Assembly (NCBI GenBank): GCA_965202585.1
Contig: OZ241829.1
Coordinates: forward strand, 37,386,001-37,450,000
Source of the DNA: Thalia democratica
Taxonomy: Eukaryota
Direction: 5' to 3'
Length of the DNA: 64,000 nucleotides
In this document: positions 13,395 through 24,989 of the stretch, in pieces
Layout: every line of letters starts with the position of its first letter
How positions within the stretch are numbered: the stretch's first letter is position 1
Translations under genes and position numbers: made by a program
The notes under the pieces: generated by a model
Databases searched by the model: none
Seen by the model: only the letters and a program-made list of their open reading frames with translations
What the model was told of the DNA's origin: nothing

Positions 13395-14056
13395 CAGCGG
13401 TTCTTAACCTTTTTTTCATGTTTTAACCCTTTTTGGAAAGTAATTACCAAACTTACTCCCAAAATCAGGCTTGCCACTAGTTTTTTTCAAAATTTTTTCC
13501 AGGTTTTCCAAATTTCTTCGAGATTTTTAAAAACAGACGTTTTTAGGTCTATTTTTAATATAAAGTTAAGTTTAAGGTAAGAAACTGTGTTAAATAGTAT
13601 AAAAACATTGAAAAGATACTGTAAGGCTACTTTAAATATGTTTTTTTATAAAAAAAATTTTGATGATGACAAAATTCTTATTTATATGATAGATTTATTG
13701 AGTAAAATCAAAATTTTACAACTGAACATGTGAAAATTGTTGAAACTCCAGGTTTTTCCAGGTTATTTTTGCCTAAATTGTCAAATTCCAGGTTTTTCCA
13801 GGTAAAGTGGCATCCCCGCAATATACAAAACAGTGTTTAAATTTGAGGAATAAAACTATATAGTTTGAACTTTAAGCTTATAAAATGTAAAAAACCGTAA
13901 AATTTAAAGTGTTCAATTAACTTTTTTTTAAAATCACAGTTAAATACTAACTTATAAATTAAAAAAACAATTAATAAACATTAATTTACATAACTCGTAA
14001 TAAAAAAAAATTACTCCCTAAAACACGGAAATTTACCTCCAGATTAAGAATCGCTG
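13395..14056. mobile_element. hAT (Charlie-like) MITE containing a nested CAGGGTTGCC MITE (13466-13818)
   Basis: TIR CAGCGGTTCTTAAC / GATTAAGAATCGCTG. Perfect 8-bp TSD AGCTAGAG. The inner copy is flanked by CAAAAT/CAATAT. Confidence 0.8.
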
Positions 14057-17000
14057 AGCTAGAGGTACTACTTATGCTAGTAGAAGTTTCTACAGAAAAA
14101 CAAAGCAACAGTGGATATACTTGTGACATCTTTAAGAATAGTTTCCGGCTAGGGCTCTTTTGAAAATCTTTTCAACAAATTTAGTAGCACCAATTTCCTA
14201 TTAGACAAATTTACAATGTATCTGAACAACTTTTAAAACTTAGCAAAGCCAATTTTGTCTTTTAGTAACCAGAATTGGTATTGTAGATTGGTAGGCCATG
14301 ATGGACAACTATAGTTCATAACAGATTTTTTTCTTACACTGTTTTTACCATTTTTGGCTATGGGGGGTATATCAGTTTTTTTTTAAGTCTTATATTTTAT
14401 TCTAGGGGGGTTTATCAGATTTTTTTTTCTAAGTCTTACATTTTATTCTAATAATTAAGCTACTAGTTTCTTTTTACCATAAATTTTAACTTTTAAGTTT
14501 TTGTTGAAATATAAGTAACCGAAATTTAAGAGTTTCATAGGTTTTTTATTAAATATGCAAACAAAAAAGAAAGAAAATGTTTAATTATAAAGTTCTACAA
14601 CTTGAAAAATCAAAATTTTTTGAATTATTTTTTGAGAATAACTAATTTTTATTGAAAGCAATGGCAGAAATATAAGTTTATATATTAAATTACTTTAATT
14701 TATTTTTTTTTCTTAAATTGTTGAAAAAAACATATATTAACTGCAGATGGTTTTTATTTTAAATAAGCTTCAACTAAAGAATTATCTTTTTCAGCTAATA
14801 GATGCTTAAATAACAATGTAAAAAAGAATATACTTTGATCAATGAATTTAACATTTCAAGATTAAATAAAAAAGGGGCGGAGAATCTATTATCACAAACA
14901 AGTTTCAAAATAACTTTTTACCTACTTTTATTATAAAACATTCATAAATTAGCATAGCTTAAATACATTTATACGATATTAAATCATTGTTTTGTAAACT
15001 GTCAAGGACTGGTTGCAACTAAAAAAACTAGTCTAATATTTTGGTGATATGAAAAAATTGCTTCTTTCATACTAGCTATTTTTACAAAAAGTCTAAAAGC
15101 AATAGGAGTTCCAACGTTCATATTACAAAATATGACATTAGCCAACACTTTAAAGCTTAAAATACATACTGTAAAATAAAAAACAAAAATGTTTTAATTT
15201 TTTAGACTAAGTCAATTTTGTAAATGCTTCCAATACATACCTATGAAGAAGAAATACTTCTAGAGTTTCAAAATTTACACAAAAAATATATCTCCTCCAA
15301 TTTTTTTAAGGCCATAACGTCAAATTTCCCTTGCAGTATTTGAAAATAACTTATAGGAAGCACTTTTTAGATATTTTATTTTTAAATATTAACACTTAGG
15401 AGTTTAACAAAATAACTTTTTAGCAAGTTGTTTATAAAATAAAATTCGACTGAGAAAGTTTAAAAATCAATGCTAAAAAACTATAGAAAAAGAAATGTTC
15501 TAATTAATTATTGTCTTCAAAAAAGAAAACCATTGAACTCTCCAATTCTGATTGCTCAAATCGAAGAATTTACTAATATTTTCAAAATGGTAAAATCTGA
15601 AAGCTTAGCACAAAAGATATAAAATATAAGAAAAGATAAAAAATTTTAATTAAAACTTTTCTCTTAATTTCTCAATATAACAGAGCTAAAAAATTGCATA
15701 ATATGTCAATAACGTTGTTTTTAAGTTCAGAACTAGAAAACAAAGATGTTAAGTAAACAAAATTGTTTATGCATACTGCATAGTACATATAGAAATAGCT
15801 ATAATTTAAAACTTTAATACGAACTAAAAGATAATTACCATTTAAAAAAATCTGAGATGTTGTGATTTTTGTAATACTTTACTGATTAAAACGGATAAAA
15901 AATATCACTGTCAATTTTATTAGAAACTTTATAAAAATTAGAAGAACCCTAGTTTTCTTGCTAAATAATTTAAATTTGAAAAAAAAAATTCAAAAATAAG
16001 TTATAAAAACAAGTGAAATTAAAGCATTTTATGAATAAACTCAAACATATATGTATAAGTTTAAAAAATAAAAAACAGGGCAAAAGTATTCCTAAAATAT
16101 GGTTGTTTGTTATGTGTTAAAAATTATACTACAATAATTTTGTTAAGATTGTAAAAAATATAAGGTGATAATAACTTTGAAAAAATAAGTATTGTTTAAC
16201 TGTTTTAGTTTGTTACTGGATATGTTACCTATGGACTCCCCATTTTTGATCCGCTTAATCTCAAAAGTTACTTTCAACTTTTGAAAAATTGGAAAAAACA
16301 ATTTAAAATTTTTACTTGATTAAAAACCTGCAAATCAAGACCAAATAAATAAATAAATTTACCCTGTACGACCTTTATAAAATAAAAAAATATCAAAACT
16401 CAATTTAAACTTATTTTCATAACAAGATAATATATAACTAAATATAAAGTTTTGATAATTTTTAACATTAATTTAAAATGTTATTTTACAAAAATATTAT
16501 AAAAAATGTTACAAAATTAAAAAAAAGTTACTGACAAATACTTTTATGAAAATGAGACATTAAAAAGGCTGAAACATTATGTTCATGAAACAAGTAAACT
16601 TTTATATACTTATTACTAGCCTTAATTTATGTACTGTAATGTATGGTCTGCAAGGTATTTATTCTTTGGCTTAAAAATTTTTGTGCAAAAGATACAATTG
16701 AGCTTTTTGTTACAATTACTTTTAATATGCCCTAAATTTTGTATTAATTACACAATTGGTGTTCATTAAATGATCATTACATTATTGATGATAATAACTG
16801 GTCTAAAATACTATAGTTTTTCTTAACTTCGCAGTCTGCAAAAAGTTTTTAAATGTAAATTTGGCCCCTTGACAGGAAAAGTTGCCCTTCCTAGTCTAGT
16901 CAGTAAGTCAACAAAGTATAAGTACAACATTATGTTTACTTGAACTGGGTCACCATCTTAAGTTTAAGCTAAAAACTTTGTATTCATTTAAATTAGATCG

Positions 17001-18194
17001 TAGTTATTTTTTTTTTAATTAGAACAAACTACAAAGAACTATTTTTCAATTGATGAACAATTTTATATACTTTCATTTTCAAAAAGTATGACCAAATAAT
17101 GAATAAAAAACTTACTATAATTAATTGTCCTGGACAATGCATTAAACTGTATCCATGGTGTATGACTCGATAACCGAAAGATTTTTTATACACCAGGTTA
17201 CTGAAACAAACTTTTTAAGCGTTTTTTTTTTGAAACTTATATTAGATATTCTTGAGTTTCAGATAAAGAGCAAAAAAATGGTCTTAATTATTTTTAAATG
17301 GTATTTTTTTGATTAGTCTTGTTGGAGGGGCCATAGCCTTTTTAATTTCTTTAAAGGGGCCATTTGAAAGAAAGTTTGGGAAACCCTACTTTAGATCAAT
17401 AAACAAAAAACCAAGTACATATTTAGTGCATTTTTGACTCTTGATAAAATCAACAACATTCCTTATGTTTATATTGTTAACTAATTAAAAAAATTGTTTT
17501 ACCTCTAAGTCATAATAAGTATTTTTATTCTATAAAAAAAGATATGTTGTTTACATTTTAAACTTTCATTGAAGACACAATAAATAATTTTGTAAAAATA
17601 CTCTGACCTACCAATGCCCTTGAAATAAGTAAGTTTGATTAATTTGTTTTAGAATTAAGTATACAAGTTTTAAACTCATTAAATCATGTATTTAAAACAA
17701 AATTTACATTCAAACCAAAATATGCAACAGAAATATATGAAACAGATTGAAAAAACAAATTAAGACTGGCTTCTAAATTCAAGACCTACCTATTCTTACT
17801 TACTTAAAATGATTAGCACTTTTAAACATATGTTTTTTAACTAAGGCCAATTATTTTACACATTAATTTTTTGTATACAAGCATTTAAAACTTAGCATAT
17901 GATTATGAAAAACTTAATTTCTATTGAAATAGTAATAAAATTTTTCCAACTTAAAACAAGTTGATTTGTAGTTTTTAAACTTGAAAAAATAATATTAAAC
18001 TACAAAGTACTTTATGCAGGAAAAAATTAATAATCTTTTTAAAATTAACTTTTAAATTTCAGTGTCTCTAAAATTTCATGAGTCAATGAAAACTTTGGTC
18101 AATGTTGTTAAATCAATTGATATTGTTTTTAAATAACTCCAATTTGTAAATTAAAAAAAAAACAACAAACTAAAGTAGTTATGTAACTGCGCAT

Positions 18195-18805
18195 TAGGGT
18201 GCATCTGTTGCCCCTCAAAATGAAAATATTTGAGTAGTACAATGATAATTTTTTTCAGCGTGGGGATTCACAAAAAAACAACACAAAATATATTAGCTTC
18301 CTAGCTTTTACCCTTGTCGCTCGCTTGACATCTTTCTGAAAACAACCGTTATGTAATTTGTATGAGACCTTAAAGAATCAGATTTTCAGCTGCAAATTTT
18401 TGTACATGTAGAAATCATCACAAAAAACATTCTTTTAAAACGATTTAAAGAAAATTTCAGAGTTACTTCTAGATTTTCTGTAAAAAACTTAAAAATAACA
18501 AAAAATAATAAAAAAGTACAGGAAATCAAAAAATACATCCATTAAATTTTCTTTTAATCGTCTTAAAACGCGTAGAATGTGTTTTTGTGATGATTGCTAT
18601 ATGTAAAAAAAATTTCAGCTAAAAACCTGAATTTTTAAAGTCTCATACAATTTACCTAGGGGTTATTTTCAGAAAAATTTTAAGTGCGCAACGAGGGTAA
18701 AAGCTAGAAAGCTAATATGCATTGTGTTGTTTTTTTATGTGATTCCCCACGCTGGAAAAAATTATCATTCGGAAACTCTAGGGTCGGGGCAAAAGATGCA
18801 CCCTA
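18195..18805. mobile_element. Palindromic MITE with TAGGGTG termini (hATm-like)
   Basis: TAGGGTGCATCT...AGATGCACCCTA with long inverted arms (~250 bp); degenerate flanks CTGCGCAT/CTGCAATT. A partial second copy lies at ~29205-29411. Confidence 0.75.
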
Positions 18806-19889
18806 CTGCAATTGATGAACCAAAAGTTTTAAGTTTGAGCCTCTTTGTTTTTAACTTTGTTGAATATGTATATACATTTAACATGGTCTGTGAAGCTCTA
18901 GTTATAAGAAAATAAAAAAGGAAACTAAAATTCATATGTTTGAATTGAGGGTTTTTCAAGTGGTAAGTCATATGGTTAAAGCAAAATTACATGGCAGATT
19001 GGTTTAACAACAATAAAAAACCAATTTAGAGTACTCATAATAATACAAGACTATTTTAGATTGATAAGAAATATTTCAAGTAAGTTTGCACTGTTTAAAA
19101 AAATGCAGTACTTGCTAAACTTAAATTATATTTAACTAATACTACTGCTTGCAAAGTGTTATAAATTTTTATTTATAAAGATTTTTTAATATTTCTAACC
19201 TAATTTTGTATGTTATGCATGTAGATAAATTTATGTTTATGAGAAGTTTAGAAGGATCTAATCAAAAGTTGGTGTTACTAAAAATATTAATTTATACAAC
19301 ATCTACAATTTTTTTTTTCGTTAAGGAGTAAATACAAGTTCGTCTTTACCAATCTTAAATTTAAAATGAACTCTTTTTTTTTAAGGTTAATTTTTTAATA
19401 GTTTTTTTCAACTAAGCTCATTATCAATCTTTCACAAATTTTAAAATTACTACCAAATAAATGAATATATGACATTTATAAAAATGCTGAAACAGTTATA
19501 ATCGACTTTGAAATAATTTTGTGTAAATGGAGATCACTTTGTTTATTAACTTAATATTTCTCTCAATGAAACAAATTATATGTGCTTTTATGACATAGTA
19601 CAATATTTGATTAATAATTGTTTATAGTAACTACTTTTTTCTTATTTAACGCCCTAAATCACTTAGTTAAAAACATTTGGATTTTATTTTATTTATTGAT
19701 GGTAAAATAAATAAAAAACTGTTGAAGTTTTATAAAATACTTACATTGACAATTTTAGACATATATAACATATACCAAAACAGTGGTATTATTTAGCTTA
19801 TTCATTTTTTAAGGTGCATTACCAAATGTAGGAGCTTAAGTTTACTTAAGTTTTAATATTTTTATTAGACTTTTATTTCATATGAAATA

Positions 19890-20615
19890 CAGGGTTGCCA
19901 AATGTTTTTTGGTAAATTTTATCCAGTTTTTAACTTTTTTTTAAGTACACACTTTTAAGTTTATTTTTAGTTTAAAGTTAAGTTTTAGGTGAAAAACTGA
20001 GTAAAAAAGTATAAAAACATTGAAAACATACTGTAAAGCTACTTTAATTGTGTTTTGTAAGAAAAAATTTTGATAATGACAAAATATTTTTATTTATATA
20101 AAACATTTTTTTGTGTCAAATCGAAATTTTACCACTTAACATGTAAAAATTGTTTAAAATTCCAGGTTTTTCCATGCTTTTTTAGTGATTTTTGTTCAAA
20201 ATTTAGGCTTAATAGCCCAAATTGTCAAATTCCAGGTTTTTCCAGGCTTTAAAGTTTTTTAGCAACCCTGTACATATACACAGGGTTGCCAAATGTTTTT
20301 GGCAAATTTTCTCCTGGTAATTAAAATTACATATGTTTGGTTCTATTTTTAGTTTAAAGTTGAGTTCAAGGTAAGAAACTGTGTTAAATAGTATAAAAAC
20401 ATTGAAAAGATACTCTTAAGCTACTTCAAATGTGTTATTTAATAATAATAAAAGTATTAAAATAAATTGATGATGACAAAACTTTTTTATCTTTATGATA
20501 GATTTTTAGAGTCAAATCAAAATGTTGCTACTAAACATGTAAAAACTGTTTGAAATTCCAGGTTTTTTAGCCTAAATTGTCAAACTCCAGGTTTCTAGGT
20601 TTTTTGGCAACCCTG
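19890..20615. mobile_element. Two adjacent CAGGGTTGCC-family MITEs (19890-20270 and 20281-20615)
   Basis: Both have complete TIRs and the shared internal body; they are separated by only 10 bp (tacatataca). Confidence 0.8.
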
Positions 20616-20769
20616 ATATACAAAACTTTCACTTACTTAGCTCAGTAAATTTAAACCCTTTTAAATGGTATAACTATACATTATTAAAAAACTGTTAAAG
20701 AAGTTTTATTTCATTTTTATAAAGAGGATAAGCTTAACATTGATTTAAAAATATAAAACACTCATGATC

Positions 20770-20968
20770 AAAGTTTGAATAAACGTTTTATTATAAGGAC
20801 ATACACAATTGAGAATGGTCTATAAAATCATCTACAATACTAATATTATCAAAAATGTAGATCAAGCTTCTATCCAGTTACTGCTGTGGAATTAAGGAGA
20901 TGACACAGGCAAGGATGAGCTTGAAATGGTGACCTGCATGTTTTTTTTCCAGTGGGCATTTGAAAGGT
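20770..20968 (-). other. Probable 3' UTR exon of the hnRNP K-like gene
   Basis: Donor GTAAGA at 21628 directly follows the stop codon. Acceptor CATTTTCCAG ends at 20969. AATAAA (minus strand) at 20787-20792. Confidence 0.5.
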
Positions 20969-21628
20969 CTGGAAAATGACATTAAGGGTTACAATTTGTT
21001 TTAAAGAGTCATGGATTTAACATAAGTATACAATTTTCAGAAACCTAACTACTTCAGAGTTTATTTGTCATTACAGACTGATTATAGTTCAATATATAAA
21101 TTCCTTTTAACTTAGGAAAGAATTTAGGACCAATTTTTAAACTTGGTTCATAACATTTAGTAAAAGTAATTATGTAAAACAAATACTTATAAATTAGTTT
21201 TAAAATTTTTAAATCTATTTTCATACCAGATGAATGAAAAATATAAAGTTTTTAAAGCTGTTCATTTTTTTTATAAAAACCTCTAACAGGATGAAGTTCA
21301 TAAAACAACTATTATCAGTATGCATACTTACAATTTCACATAAACAAATATGTATTTGGTTTTTAAAGCTAGTCCTAAATTATGAGACATAATTAAATAA
21401 TAGACTATTTAAAATTAATAGTAAAAATAGAGTTTGGAATGACAATTTACTAAAGTTAGAGAATGTAAAAAGAAGAATTAGTTGAACTTATTTAGCTTTT
21501 TTAATTTTATAAAACATTAAATCTTAGAGATGCCCCAACCAAATAAATTAAAGTTTTGAAAAAGTTTTAGTGTCTACATATCCGATGTGAGATAAGTATA
21601 ATCAAAAATACTTTTTTAAATTTCTTAC

Positions 21629-22903
21629 CTAATAATCATATCCTTCTTGCTTAAAAGAGTTATTTCTGTTGTCATATCCTTGATTGCCCCTGTTAAAACC
21701 TCTTTGGCTTTTATTTTGCTGGCGAAAGTTTTGGGATTGCTGACGATTATTATTATTCTGGTAAGATCCTCGTGGTCTACTATGGCTACCTTGTGCCTGT
21801 CTACCATTGCCTCTACCCCCTCTAAAGTTAGACTTTCCTTGGGAGCCATTACCTCTGTTGTTTCTTCCTTGAGGCCTGCCAAAATCTCTGTTGCCACCAA
21901 AATCATTATCAAACCCAAAGTCATCATTACGCAAGTCTCTGTTACCTCTGAAGTCATCAAAATCATCCATGCCAAAGCTTCTATTTCCATTGAAGGCACG
22001 GTCATTAAAGTCATGTTCATAATCAAAATCTTGATTTCTAAAACTTCTGTTGCCTCCATATCTATCTCCATTGCCTTGTCTTCTGTTTCCAACAAACTGG
22101 TTACCTCTGCCATTTCCCCTGCCTCCTGTCATTCTGCCATTTCCCCTGCCTCTTCCCATTCCACCTCGGAAACTACCACGTCCTCCCATTGCAGGACCAC
22201 CACGTCTACCCATTGAAGGACCACCAAATCCTCCTGCCTGCATTGGCATTCTCTGACAATCCATTACAGGATCATAGTTGTCAATACGACCTTTGGGAGA
22301 AAATTTTTGCAGTAGCTCTACAACCAAAACTAAACATTTGCTGATTTTTTCAGCGTCTCCTGAAAGATTACAAATTCTATCAGTTGATCCTCCTGCACAT
22401 TCTCTGTCCATCTTAATGGTAGCTCCAGTCTGCTCCCTTAGCTCTTTGATTTGAAATCCTTTGATTCCAAGAATTCCACCAGCTTGTGACTTGTGTACAA
22501 GCACACTCAGTGACATGTGTTTATTATCTTGATTGTTTCCATCGCGACCTCTGTCTCTAATACCATTAAGGAGAGGTAGTATACGCTTTATTATTCCACC
22601 ACAGTTTTCAGGAGTAGCTCTTATGTTCAAAACTCGCTCTGGTGCATCAGCATCAGGAATTTGAATTGAGGCATCAAAATTTTTTCTCATATCTTTAATA
22701 TTTTCACCTCCCTTACCAATGACTCCACCTGCGCAACTGGAAGACACAAGACAACGGAGCTCACACTTAGCATCACTGGTTTGCCTGGATCTTTTTTCAG
22801 GTACATCATCACTTTGGTCATTCAAGGAACGCTTAGTACCTTGGTCTTGAGGTACATTGCTGTCACCTTGGTTAGTGATTTCTTGTTTCACTTCAGTGTC
22901 CAT
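21629..22903 (-). CDS. HNRNPK: hnRNP K-like KH-domain RNA-binding protein (KH1, KH2, RGG/low-complexity tail; no KH3), 424 aa, single coding exon
   Basis: ORF-track protein has KH1 (ELRCLVSSSCAGGVIGKGGENIKDMR..DASIQIPDADAPERVL) and KH2 (VLVHKSQAGGILGIKGFQIKELREQTGATIK..GSTDRI), both hnRNP K-like, then GRIDNYDP and RGG repeats. Splice acceptor TTTTAG at 22922-22923, 18 nt upstream of the ATG. Confidence 0.85.
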   Translation of the reverse strand: MDTEVKQEITNQGDSNVPQDQGTKRSLNDQSDDVPEKRSRQTSDAKCELRCLVSSSCAGGVIGKGGENIKDMRKNFDASIQIPDADAPERVLNIRATPENCGGIIKRILPLLNGIRDRGRDGNNQDNKHMSLSVLVHKSQAGGILGIKGFQIKELREQTGATIKMDRECAGGSTDRICNLSGDAEKISKCLVLVVELLQKFSPKGRIDNYDPVMDCQRMPMQAGGFGGPSMGRRGGPAMGGRGSFRGGMGRGRGNGRMTGGRGNGRGNQFVGNRRQGNGDRYGGNRSFRNQDFDYEHDFNDRAFNGNRSFGMDDFDDFRGNRDLRNDDFGFDNDFGGNRDFGRPQGRNNRGNGSQGKSNFRGGRGNGRQAQGSHSRPRGSYQNNNNRQQSQNFRQQNKSQRGFNRGNQGYDNRNNSFKQEGYDY

Positions 22904-23350
22904 AATATGTTTATATATTTCCTAAAATAATACTTAATTTAGTTCCTAATTAGAAAAGTTTTAATCAAATGTTTCTAATGTCAAAAACTATGAGTAGTAA
23001 AATTTTTAGGGGTAACTCAAAACAAACTCTAAGCTATTTTACATACAATGTACTTTTTTTATTTAAATTATATTAAGTTTAAAACTTGAAGTACAGTGAG
23101 TTTGACTTATTTACTTCAATAAATAAATTTATGCTTATAAAGCTATTCAATGGTTTTCATTTACCTTTAAAGGTTATATAGATATAGAATTCTATATGAA
23201 TTTAAGCATGATACTTATGTTTTTATAGTTGTATCTTATTGGTTTTAACAGAGTTGTCACTCTTTAAATGACAAAAATATCATAAGAGGCAAAAAACAGC
23301 CTGAGTTCATAAAAAAAATGGTAAAACTTTAGTTATATTTCCTTTATGAA

Positions 23351-23740
23351 CAGGGTTGCCACTAATTTTTTCAAATTTTTTTCCAAGTTTTCCAAATTTT
23401 TTCCAAGTTTTTAAAAGTATACAATTATGGGTCTATTTTTAGTTTTAAGTGAATTTCTATTAAAGAAACTGTGTTAAATAGAATATAAGCATTATAAAGA
23501 TACTGTAAAGTTACTTTAAATGAGTGTTTTAATAAAAAAAATTTTGATAATGACAAAAACTCTTAATTATATGATAGATTTTTTGTGTCAAATCAAAATT
23601 TTACAACTGAAAATGTTAAAGTTATTAAAAATTCAGGTTTTTCCAGTTTTTTTGCAAAATTTCTCAAATTTTAGGTTTTTCCAGGTTATTTAGCCTAAAT
23701 TGTCAAATTCCAGGTTTTTCCAGGTAAAGTGGCAACCCTG
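23351..23740. mobile_element. CAGGGTTGCC-family MITE
   Basis: TIR CAGGGTTGCCACT / AGTGGCAACCCTG; 6-bp TSD TATGAA on both sides. Confidence 0.85.
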
Positions 23741-24025
23741 TATGAAGCAATTAAATTCAAATTTTTAGGATTCTTTTTTAATATTACAAACAACTTATAG
23801 GTAGCCGACACTTAAAACAAAATAAAAAATTTATGACCATTATTTAAAAAAATCAATATTTTTTTCACTTTAAATAAAAAATGAATAAAAATTAAATTAT
23901 CTGTTTTCTAAAAATATTCTAGTTTATTTAATATTAGAGTGAAAAAGTTGGTCAAATACTGAAAGATGATATAAATATTTAGTGAAATAGTCTATTTTCA
24001 CCTTTTTTGTGTGCCTTCAATAAAG

Positions 24026-24234
24026 GGACACGTTCAAAATCCACCCACGATCAAAATTAACCTGGTGAAATTGGAGAACCGTTTACAAATCAAGGGTAAG
24101 GGTTAGGGGTAACAGTGATAATGAAAAATAAATTTAAAAAAATGCAAAAAATATATATATATAAAATAATAAATAAAGATTTTTTTTTTAAATTGGGTAG
24201 ATTTTGAACACGGGTGGATTTTGATAGTATACCC
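24026..24234. mobile_element. Small MITE with tcaaaatccaccc repeat TIRs
   Basis: Inverted ttcaaaatccaccc / gggtggattttga units; flanking direct repeat CAATAAAG; core gggtaagggttaggggtaacagtg. Confidence 0.7.
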
Positions 24235-24989
24235 CAATAAAGAACCTAGTGAACTCTCTATCTTTGATTGTTAATTCAAAAGCTACTAGGAATTTCTTTC
24301 AACAAAATAAAACAACTGCTAGCTTTTTTATTTTTGATATATGTATCTTTAACCTTATATTATTATCAATAATGAGAATTGAATACACTAAAAACATTTA
24401 AGTATCAAAACTAAGTTGCTCCACTATTTGAGTCAAAAAACTATCTGAGTTGTTTTTTAAACCTTTACAAAAATCTTAAACAAACTTCTCAAAACTTAAA
24501 TAAGAAATTTTAAATCAATAAAAATAAAGTTTCTGAAAAAATTAGTTACAAAAAATCCAAATATTGAAACTGGAACAACTAAATCTCAATTAAAGATCTA
24601 AAAAATAAAAAAATGGATTAAGATTCTCAAATACCAAACAGGCCTAGGTCATCCTAATATAATATTTTTTTAATTTAAACTAGGCTGAGTTATCTTGAAA
24701 TTTTCAAACATTTCCAATTGTCCTGAATTACCCTGAGAGTGTGGCAACCCTGTATAATGCTAAAAGATGTGTAAGAACCTTCTTAAATATAACTTTTTTT
24801 GATTGTATATATAATAAAATTTTAGCATTCTGTATTAAACTTATTTTTCTGTACATTATATTGTGAGTCAATTTAATGTTTAATAATTGAATTTCATAAA
24901 ATTTTTAATTAAAGAGTTATTTATCTTAAAAGGACTAATCATTTTATTTCAACCTATGTTTTATTGAATAATGTGCGTGAAAGTTAAGT

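Noticed and set aside
14362-14450. Two tandem 43-bp units (ggggggt.tatcag...ttttattcta)
   Set aside because: Only two copies; a simple local duplication with no spacer structure.
18765-18971. Exon-like ORF (RASQTMLNVYTYSTKLK...)
   Set aside because: It runs into the MITE terminus, fits no neighbouring gene model and has no recognisable motif.
21625-22113. 162-aa overlapping ORF in an alternative frame of the hnRNP K-like gene
   Set aside because: Stops in this frame need NTA/NTG codons (Leu/Ile/Val/Met) in the main frame, which are scarce in the RGG/N/D/F-rich tail, so the open frame is explained by composition. The product has no recognisable motif.
21647-22216. 189-aa antisense ORF (and 22050-22256)
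   Set aside because: Codon-aligned shadow of the low-complexity sense CDS, which lacks TTA/CTA/TCA codons.
23240-23330. Possible intronic snoRNA (shared cagcctgagt with ~27826)
   Set aside because: Only a 10-bp match; no convincing C/D or H/ACA box arrangement could be established by eye.
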